Shown here: piece after piece, positions 51,053-61,190 of the stretch
Layout of the letters: every line of letters starts with the position of its first letter
How positions within the stretch are numbered: the first letter of the stretch is position 1
NCBI RefSeq assembly: GCF_006345805.1
Contig: NC_043008.1
Span: 14,508,001-14,572,000 of the forward strand
Length of the DNA: 64,000 bases
Origin: Octopus sinensis
Lineage: Eukaryota
Direction of reading: 5' to 3'
Made by a program: the position numbers and the translations under genes
Notes under the pieces: generated by a model
The model's input: only the letters and a program-made list of their open reading frames with translations
The model's database searches: none
What the model was told of the DNA's origin: nothing

Positions 51053-51665
51053 GGCAGCGAGCTGGCAGAAACGGTAGCACGCTGGGCAAAATGCTTAGCG
51101 GTATTTCGTTTGCCATTACGTTCTGAGTTCAAATTCCACCAAGGTTGACTTTGTCTTTCATCCTTTCAGGGTCAATTAAATAAGTACCAGTTACGCACTG
51201 GTGTCAATGTAATCGACTTAATCCGTTTGTCTGTCCTTGTTTGTCCCCTCTCTGTGTGTTTAGCCCCTTCTGGGTAGTAAAGAAATAGGTTTTTCATCTG
51301 CCGCTACGTTCTGAGTTCAAATTCTGCCGAGGTCGACTTTGTCTTTCATCCTTTCGGGGTCAATTAAATAAGTACCAGTTACACACTGGAGTCGATATAA
51401 TCAACTTAATCCGTTTGTCTGTCCTTGTTTGTCCCCTCTGTGTGTGTGTAGCCCCTTGTGGGTAGTAAAGAAATAGGTATTTCGTCTGCTGCTACATTCT
51501 GAGTTCAAATTCTGCCGAGGTCGACTTTGTCTTTCATCCTTTCGGGGTCAATTAAATAAGTACCAGTTACGCACTGGGGTCGATATTATCGACTTAATCC
51601 GTTTGTCTCTCCTTGTTTGTCCCCTCTGTGTGTGTGTGCAGCCCCTTGTGGGCAGTAAAGAAATA
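51053..51665 (+). mobile_element. SINE A concatemer: one head and three tandem bodies (period ~188 bp) inside a 15-bp TSD
   Basis: AGTAAATATTTGTAA at 51038-51052 and 51666-51680; bodies start near 51100, 51288 and 51476. Confidence 0.9.
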
Positions 51666-51701
51666 AGTAAATATTTGTAATTTAAAAGACTTGCTCCTTA
51701 C

Positions 51702-51850
51702 CTTTTTAGCCGAATTTAGGCAATGGTTATAGTCATGCAAAACAGCAACGAGGGTCCGAAATACTTCAGGTTTCTCAAAGTAGTTGTTTTTGATCATATT
51801 AAGCAGTGCTACTAATGGAGATATTTCCAATCGAGTCACATGAATTCCAG
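51702..51850 (-). CDS. Exon encoding N-terminal half of a PAH domain (GIHVTRLEISPLVALLNMIKNNYFEKPEVFRTLVAVLHDYNHCLNSAKK)
   Basis: Long polypyrimidine tract with AG acceptor, donor AAG|GTAAGG, open frame, Sin3 PAH-like hydrophobic pattern. Confidence 0.8.
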
Positions 51851-52384
51851 CTCAACAAAATAAAAGAAAAAAAGAAAATTTATTTCCCTTAGAAATACTA
51901 ATTTCTTACATAGGCATAAGACCACAAGGTTACAAACGAGAGAGAGAATAAGACCCTGTGATTGGACACATTTATTGGTTTTGATTATTTGGAAGCACTC
52001 CGTCGGTTACAACGATGAGGGTTCCGGTTGATCCGAATCAACGGAACAGCCTGCTCGTGAAATTAACGTGTAAGTGGCTGAGCACTCCACAGACACGTGT
52101 ACCCTTAACGTAGTTCTCAGGGATATTCAGCGTGACACAGAGAGTGACAAGGCTGGCCCTTTGAAATACAGGTACAACAGAAACAGGAAGTAAGAGTGAG
52201 AGAAAGTTGTGGTGAAAGGGTACAGCAGGGATCACCACCATCCCCTGCCAGAGCCTCGTGGAGCTTTAGGTGTTTTCGCTCAATAAACACTCACAACGCC
52301 TGGTCTGGGAATCGAAACCGCGATCCTATGACCGCGAGTCCGCTGCCCTAACCACTGGGCCATTGCGCCTCCACTAAATTGGTT

Positions 52385-52760
52385 TTGATTAGGCTTTGGA
52401 TCAATAAAGGATCTTGTCGACTTCCTTAAGCCCTTTGCTCCTTATGGAGCATAAGCCATCAATGACTTTTCTCCACTGCTACCACCTCGGGGCTGGTGAA
52501 GAGGAATTCATCTTCCAGGTCCTGTTGCTTTTGAATTGTCATCAAAGAAGATGTAACTTGGCTCAGCTTTCCAGATGGTAGCTTTGGTCCTTATGCAACC
52601 CCATTCTTACCTCTGCAAAAAGGTGGTCCAAATTAGTCTGGCCTCAATCCTTTGCTCTGTCCAGCATGAGAAGCCCTATCAAGAGCTTGCCCTCCAGTGG
52701 CATAGCTCTCGGTCACTGAGGCACACAGGCCACCACATCACATCAAGGACTGGACATTGT
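52385..52760 (-). mobile_element. Degraded LINE (RTE-like) 3' end
   Basis: The minus strand ends GATGGCTTATGCTCCATAAGGAGCAAAGGGCTTAAGG, resembling RTE-type termini; only broken ORF remnants. Confidence 0.4.
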
Positions 52761-52810
52761 GACAGCAATAATGGATTAGGTATACGATATAACATACACG
52801 GTTTTCTTAC

Positions 52811-52886
52811 AATCGTTAATAATGCTCAATAAAATTACTTCAACTGACAGTCGACCCTGGTTTTGTAGGTTTATTTCACTGGACAT
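52811..52886 (-). CDS. Probable ATG-containing exon of single-PAH-domain gene (MSSEINLQNQGRLSVEVILLSIIND)
   Basis: ATG preceded by in-frame stops (TAG CAG TAA ATG). Strong donor T|GTAAGA in phase 1 matches the next exon. Confidence 0.55.
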
Positions 52887-54857
52887 TTACTGCTACGGTA
52901 TTCCTCTCTTGGTAGTCGAAAAATAAGATCCAGGAATTTCATATTTGGCAGCATATAACTGTTCCACCATCATTTAACATCTGTTTTCTATGCTGGCATG
53001 GGTTGGACGGTTTGCCCAGAGGTGGCCAGCTGGAGAGCTGCACCAGACTCCAGTTTGATTTGGCATAATAATAATAATAATAATAATTGTTATTTCTTTA
53101 TTGCCCACAAGGGGCTAAACATACAGAGGACAAACAAGGACAGACAAAGGGATTAAGTCGATTACATCGACCCCAGTGCGTAACTGGTACTTAATTTATC
53201 GACCCCGAAAGGATGAAAGGCAAATTATTGTATACAGTGCTCAGGTGCACCACAACTTGTCAAAAAGTGCGTTTCTACAACTGGATGCCCTTCCTAACAC
53301 CAACCACTTTACAGAGTGTGCTGGGTGCCTTTTTATGCGGTGGCACAGATGCTTTTTATGTGAGCCAGCATGGGTACTGCTCACGTGGACTGGCATGAGT
53401 GCTTCTTACATAGACCCACATGAAGCAGCACAGGTGCTTTTTACATGGACCAACATGAAACACAGTATTAAACTACAATTCTATATTAATGCTTTTAAAT
53501 TAGGATAGCACAAAGAAACTTTTACACTATAAATCTGAAAGACTAGCTTAATTTAAATCATTAATTGAAAAAAACTGGCAAGAATCATCATCATCATCAT
53601 TTGATAGTCTTTTTTTCATGCTGACATGAGATTAACAGTTTGTCAGGAACCAACAAACCAGAGGGTTGTGGCAAGCTCCAATGTCTGCTTTGGTTTGGTT
53701 TCTACAGATTTCTACAGATTCCTAATGCCAACCACATTAGAGTGAATTGGGTGCTTTTTTTCATAGAACTACCACTAGTGGAGTTACCATGTACTTACAA
53801 AAAAAAATCCCCTCAACTGCATGGGGTATAGTATTAAAGGGTGTGAAAATATAAAAGAGGGACAGGAACAGGTATCTTGCCTAAGAAGATGTGAATACAT
53901 CATAGCTTCATCAGCTGAAAAGAGAGAGAAATGATAACGGTTGTACCCTCAAGATACAAGGTGAATATGAGAGAATAGGGGGTAGAGAAACACAAAGGAC
54001 GGATGGGTAACCGTGCTAGAATGATTAGAGATGAGGGTTTGAGGTGAAAGCCTTGTAATATTCAAATCAATGTAATCAAAGAACTAGCGGATAAAACAAT
54101 TATGAACCCTTAATTTAGAAATAAAGGTTCCCAGTTCTGAATTAGTCTGAAGCTAATGTATATATCTAAGAATATAACACCTGGTGGTAATCAAGGTCAA
54201 AGTCAATCAAAACACAGTAAATATAAATATTAAATATTTCATCTCTAATGATAATGCTAATTACCTGAGAATTATTATTATTATGCCTAATTTTAAAAAT
54301 AAAGTCAAGTACTCACACATTTTTGTTCTGGGGGGTTTTTGTTGTTTTTATTTTTAGTTTTTTTCAAACTGAAGAAAATGAAGACAGCCTGTAGAAGTAT
54401 GACGAAAACAATTTTTTAAAATTAAAAATTCTGGGGGTTTTTTTTTTTTTATTTTTAAAAATACAACTCATTATAGATTTTATGACATATTCTTAGCAGC
54501 CAGTTTGATGAATATATTAATCAAACCAACCACCGAGAATGTGTCATAATATTAAAATCAGTTGATCCTATTTTCCCCCCAGACCCCCACTATAACTTTC
54601 TAGAAAAATGTACACCCCCAACTCTATTTTTAATATTTCATAATAATACACTTTCCTTAAAGAAAAATCCACACTCGGGCATTAGAATAGTGCCATACTG
54701 TAGCAAAGTCTTCACACAGTGTGCTTGGCTGGAAGGATTGGTTTGGTTAGGCTGAGTACAGGTATAGTATGTTTGCTGTGAAAATAAGACACTGCTTATA
54801 AACCCCCAAGGAACAGTGGGCTTATAAGCAGTATCTCTGTGGATAATTAAATGTTTA

Positions 54858-56280
54858 TTTTAACACCTGGTCACCAAAACAAAACAAAAAAAAAAACAGG
54901 TGTAATAGGTGTAAAAAAATGCGTAGAAAACGAATATGAAAGCAAAAATTTGCGCAAACGAACCAGGAGGTTGGCAGTGGACTTCCGGAAAATTCACATG
55001 ATCCAATTTTTCCCTCATAACTTTCAGGAAAATGGATATATATTGATGAAATTTTATAGAAATATTTTTTAAATGGCATAGATTAAGTTTATAAAGAAAT
55101 TTGTAGGAAAAATGTTTTCCAAAGAGGTGAGGTTGAGGACTTTCGGAAAATTCACACAATCCGATTTTTCCCTCATAGCTTTCAGGAAAATGGGTAGCTT
55201 TTGATGAAAGTTTATACAAATACTTTTCAAATGGCATAGAGTACGATTATAAAGAAATTTGGGAGGAAAATTTTTCCAAGGGGGTGAAGTAAGGAGTTTT
55301 GGATCAAGACCACATAAGTTCATTTTTTTTACTCCCTCAACTCCCTCCGAACCGATTTTGGCCAATTTTTTGCACTTTAAAACTATGGGAGGACTCCTTT
55401 CCGTAAAAAAAAATTGTAGATATTTTCAGAGGAAAAAAACGTAACTTAAGGGAGATTTGGCTGTTGTTTCTAGCACATCCTAAGACAACCCTCTTCGTTT
55501 CTTTCTCACACTCGCATGTATCGATGTTTTTCAATATTTTTCTCCCCATAAATACATTTATACCATGTAAAAAGAATTTGAAAATTTACGATTTTTTTCA
55601 ACCCCATTCCCCGCCTGATTGGTTTTATAATTTTAAATATTGGAGAGCCTGAGATTTTTAAAAATAGCTATGTAAAAAATACCTATTTAAAAACATACTT
55701 TTCTATAAGAAAATGCATTTTTTCTTACACACACACACACGACCTCGCTTAATTAAGGTGGGGTAAAAATTTAGATTACCATTTTATTATTTTTTTCCTT
55801 ATATACCACCAAAGGAGCACGTATCATCATCATGGAGGGAAGGAGAGTAAAAAAAAAAAATCATAAATCTTCCAAACCGTATTTTCATAAAAAGATGCTC
55901 CCCGTCATTTCGAAGGCTGTGGTGAAACACAATTCGAAAAATCCCCGTCAAAACGGAATAATTCCAACTTATGTGGTCTTCTTGATCCGAAACTCCTCTT
56001 CCAACCCCTTAGAAAAAATTTCCCCCCACAAATTTCTTTAGAATTGTAATCTATGCATTTAAAAAATACTTGTATAAACTTCATTAAAAGATACCAATTT
56101 TCCTGAAAGTTATGAGGGGGAAAAATCGGATCGTGGGAATTTTCCGAAAGTCCTCTCCTCACCCCCGGTTTGTTTGCGCAAATTTTTGATTTCATATTTG
56201 TTTTCTACACATTTTTTACACCTGTTACGCCCTTTTTTTTCTTTTGTTTTTGTTTTTGTTTTGGTGACCGGGTGCTAAAT
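54858..56280. mobile_element. Non-autonomous foldback/long-TIR DNA element (~1.4 kb)
   Basis: Left arm CACCTGGTCACCAAAAC… and right arm …GTTTTGGTGACCGGGTG. Several hundred bp of imperfect inverted identity; the left arm has a ~158-bp tandem duplication (54979/55137). No transposase ORF. Confidence 0.75.
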
Positions 56281-56569
56281 TATATATTAACCTTAAGATC
56301 CCTTTGACTGAGTGCAGTTAAAGTAGAGGAGAAAGCAGCCTTATACTAGGTAATGAGGGTGGGTTCAAGTGAAATAAAGGGACCAGAACAGGGTTTCTTG
56401 CTCTGGCGGAGCTACATACCTACTTATATAATAGAAGAATGTGTGGGATACATATACTCTTTTACTCGTTTGTCATTTGACTGCGGCCATGCTGGAGCAC
56501 CGCCTTTTAGTCGAGCAAATCGACCCCAGGACTTATTCTTTGTAAGCCTAGTACTTATTCTATCGGTCT

Positions 56570-56611
<42 letters not shown>

Positions 56612-56759
56612 CTTTAACAAGAATGTTGATGATGGTTCAGCTGGCCCTGACTTCGAAGTCACTATCAAGAATAAATTTGTACTCTACAAAAGTATCAAGT
56701 AACCCATCAGATTAATATAAAATTGTTTTTTTTAATTATAATTGAACATAAAAACATTA

Positions 56760-56829
<70 letters not shown>

Positions 56830-57413
56830 GAGAGAGAGTGTGTGTGTGTGTGTGAGTGTGTGTGTACATAATTAGTCACATCGTTTAAATCTCAAAGCTA
56901 CGATATATAATTAATGCATGCATGATTAATTCAAAACATTGTGGATATATAAGCATTAAAGGTTGACAGAGTAATCTGAGAGTTAAAGGTTCAAATCATG
57001 TTTAAATATAATCAATCAACATAATTAATAATTCCAGGCTATGCGGGATCAAAGAAGCGCCGAGTTCTGTAATAAAATTAATTAAGATGTTGATTTATCC
57101 CCCAAATGTATAATATTGAAGCTGCTCATTTTGGTTATTTTGGAATGGAACCGTTGAGATATTTCAGAAATATTGGTGAAATATTTACAATGTGTGGTTT
57201 GGAATTTAAATTAAAAATAATAATAATTAAATATCCAGCAGAATCAACGGAATTATAAAATGTCTTTTAGGTATCAATTACGTTGAATTATTTTTACAGT
57301 TAATAGTTCTTCAATTTGAATTACTATCATTATCAAGCCGATAATATTAAGCAGAGGATATAACAATATTGTGAAAGTGTTTGGGACATATCTGTGAACG
57401 GCTCCCACTGTGG

Positions 57414-57459
<46 letters not shown>

Positions 57460-59779
57460 ATATATATATAATATAATATAATATATATAATATATTAGGG
57501 AGTATATCCAAACTTACAGGGAAAAATTAGATTTAGGATTAAATCAAATTTCACAGGATAAATATAAATTAAATTAGAGATAAAACCACTATTAGGCAAA
57601 TCAAAGTGATAGACATAAACCAAAACATAAAAAAAACAAAAAATATATATAATTAATTAAAAAATTAAGAATTTAAAAATATAAAAACTTAAAAATATAA
57701 AATTAAAAATTTTAATAATTTAAACTATTTTTATATATATATTATATATTTTATCAATTATATTTATTGTTGTTTTGGTTTATGTCTATCACTGTTTGAG
57801 TTGCCTAATAGCGGTTTTATCTCTAATTTAATTTAATTTAATTTATATATATATATTAATTATATATATATTAATTTATATATATATTAATTATATATAT
57901 ATTAATTATATATATATTAATTTATATATATATATAATTTATATATATATATTAATTTATATATATATTAATTTATATATATATTAATATATATATATAT
58001 ATTAATATATATATATATATAATTAATTTATATATATATATATAATCATTATGGATATAGGGTAAAAAATTATTAATTTATAATTAATCAATTTCACCAA
58101 GTAGTTTCAGTAAGGAAAAGAACCATATTCGATAAAAACTTATACAAGAAGTTTAGATGTATTAATGTTCGTTTACCTGAAGTATTTTATGAAGTTGGTG
58201 GTATTATTGGTATTTCTTTGGTCTGTGTGAGAGAGATGACAGCTCAAATGAGATTCGATTCAGAAGGAACTTTTGTCAATTACAATAAGTTCGAATCATC
58301 GACTAAATCAATCATAAGACGCGTTTTAGGTGAATTAAATTACGACCGGTCATACAAGTAATTAAAGAAGGGTTTCTCATAGAGATTCAAATAAATAACA
58401 GATAAAAATTAATTTAGATTTGTCATATAAGATGACAAAAGGACTCTTGCTACAAGGTTCCTAAGTCCGTATCGCGACGTTGTTACAACCGTTGTTAATG
58501 AAGCAATAAGACGCCGATCTCGATGGCTCTATGGCTAATTACGAAAAAAAAATTATAATTAATTATTTTAATTGCTATCATCGCAATAGTTTTTGTCTCT
58601 AAATGTTTTGTCTAAGGTCCAGTTTAAATTATTTTAGATTTTCTTTTTAATATGAAAATATTGTTCAGATCTACAAATGTCCTTCTCGTCAGTTTCCGTA
58701 TTGCAGAATTAAGAGAGAAAGAAAATATCAAATTAACTTTGTATTATTGTTTTTTTGCTATTTTTAATTTCAGAAAACTAATTTAAAATTCATTTAAAAT
58801 GTGTGGCCTTGTACTTATATTAAAAATAATTAATAACCAGAATCAATGAAGCGAAAAAACGTCTTTGGGTTTCAGTTTCGTTTCATTATTTTACTATTAA
58901 TATTTCATTTTGAATTTTATTTTTTAGATGACAATTAGAATTAATTAAAACCAAGAAATTAGTACATATGTCCATTTTGTCTTCACTAGACTTCATTATT
59001 AAACGGTTTTCATTATTATTCTGCATTCTGAGTTCAATTCCTGCCGAGATCAACAGGGCCTTTAACCTGTCCCGGGGTCGATTATTGAAGTCCCAGTTGG
59101 GTACTGGAGTCGATGTAATTAGCTAAGCCGGATCTTTTCACTTTGACCGGCAGATTTAAAAGATAATTTCTTTGTAACTTAAACCTCTCCCACTAAAATT
59201 ACTGACCTTATGCTAAATTTGAAACCATTATTCTTTTACATTTACACCAAATTATACGTTTGTCCATCAAACGTAAGCTATATTTAATGTTTGGCGTCAT
59301 TATTATAGAAGTTTTATGGCTGTGAATTATAGATTTTGTATCGTTGACACACGAACTAATATCAAACATGCTCTGTCGTCAGTCATACGGAGATTTTAGT
59401 AGAACTACATCAAAGATTAGGAAAGTCTTTGACACAAATTGCAATTACAACGATCGCAACAGTATTAAAGCCAACAAGGAAGCATCTACATTGTCTCTTG
59501 ACCTGCTAGAAATAACAACTACATCTACAATTCGTACAACCGTGTTAGAAAAGAAGGGACACGTTGGATAATGTAGTCTCACAGTCGCTCGGCCTTATAG
59601 AAATGCTGGATGTTCACACCTGGGCGAAAGTAAAGAATACGTATACCCGGTGTTTAGGGTTAGGGTTTAGGATTTAGGTTAGGATTAGGGTTAGGGGTTT
59701 TGTTACGTCGTAAACGGGTGGTGTATCTATTCTTTACCTCCGCCCACAACTGGAATGCTTTTGATTGTTAGTTTACTTA

Positions 59780-59939
59780 GGCGATCCTTCGGTATAGGTA
59801 CCGGATACATTTCAAGAAAGTGGGTTTTTTTTATTATATATATATATGGAGGGTTAGGTTAGGGGTGGGAGAAAAGGGTTTCTGCTATCTTCAGAAATAT
59901 AAACAAAGCCACTTACGGTACCTATACCGAAGGATCGCC
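59780..59939. mobile_element. MITE with 24-bp TIRs and internal TTAGG(G) motifs; rearranged tandem relatives at 13700-14085
   Basis: GGCGATCCTTCGGTATAGGTACCG (59780-59803) and its exact reverse complement (59916-59939); TTAA just right of the right TIR. Confidence 0.75.
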
Positions 59940-60589
59940 CTTAATTATCTCTAATAATAAATGCGAATGCCAGTGTGTCACGTTCTTTCAACTTTACTCC
60001 TAGAGGCCGTAGTCCAACATATACCATTTTGAAATCAGGCCGACTCCGTGAGTAAATTAGAAACGTTCCGGGCCGAATCCGGACCCTCAATCCTGAAATT
60101 TAGAATTCCAAAGTTTTCATTATTGCGATGGTTTTCGGTGATTTTTTTTTTTACGTGATTTTTTTAAGACGAATTTTTTTGTACTCTTTTATTTGTTTCA
60201 GTCATTTGACTGTGGCCATGCTGGAGCACCGCCTTTTGTCGAGCAAATCGACCCCAGGACTTATTCTTTGTAAGCCTAGTACTTATTCTATCGGTCTGTT
60301 TTGCCGAACCGCTAAGTTACGAGGACGTAAACACACCAGCATCGGTTGTCAAGCGATGTTGGGGGACAAATACAGACACAGAAACATACACACACACGCA
60401 CAAATATATATATACATACACATATATATACGACGGGCTTCTTTTCAGTTTCCGTCTACCAAATCCACTCACAAGGCTTTGGTCGGCCCGAGGCTATAGT
60501 AGAAGACACTTGCCCAAGGTGCCACACAGTGGGACTGAACCCGGAACCATGTGGTTGGTAAGCAAGCTACTTACCACACAGCCACTCCT

Positions 60590-61190
60590 AACTTTGAAAT
60601 AAATTTTGGGAATGGTCATTGGGATATGACTCTGGGGGAAGCAATTGCAACAAATTCTCCAAAACAAGTCAGCGATCCGTTTGCAGTAATGATTGCCACT
60701 TGTGAACTTTCCAACCCAGTTACTCTTTGGGAAAAATATCGGGAGGCTCTCAAGTGAGGATATTCTTCAGGAAATGAGACTTGCTTATCCAGGATTGTAA
60801 TTGAATCCTGAGATTACAAATTTAGCTCTCTGTGAAATTGAAGACAAAGTGATGAACTTAGCTCAAAGAGATCTCAGCAATTTTGGTCTCCCAAAGCCAA
60901 ACAGGGAAACTGGACAAATCAACAGAGACATTTTAAGAGAAACAGGATACAACATGGAAGAACTGAAGCAATGTGATCAAGATAATGAGCCCCTGTTGAA
61001 CCAAGACCAACAGTAAATATATCAGGTCCTTGATGACATCTACAACAAGAATGGATGGATTTTCTTCTTGGATGCATCTGGAAGTACCGGTAAAACTTTT
61101 ATAACTAACCTGCTTTTACTTGCAGTGAGATTCCAGAGAAAAATAGCTCTAGCAGTAGCATCATCTGGAATTGCTGTTATCCTCTTGCCT
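60590..61190 (+). mobile_element. Helitron RepHel fragment (linker + PIF1 helicase motif I)
   Basis: W…EA…P…LWEKY, NLALCEIED, NEPLLNQDQQ, FFLDASGSTGKTF and AVASSGIA; contains stops. Possible 5' terminus A|TCTCTAATAATAAA at 59948. Confidence 0.9.

Noticed and set aside
59653-59697. TTAGGG tracts as a true telomere or fusion site (also 13820-13842)
   Set aside because: Only a few degenerate units, embedded in or beside a dispersed MITE-like family.
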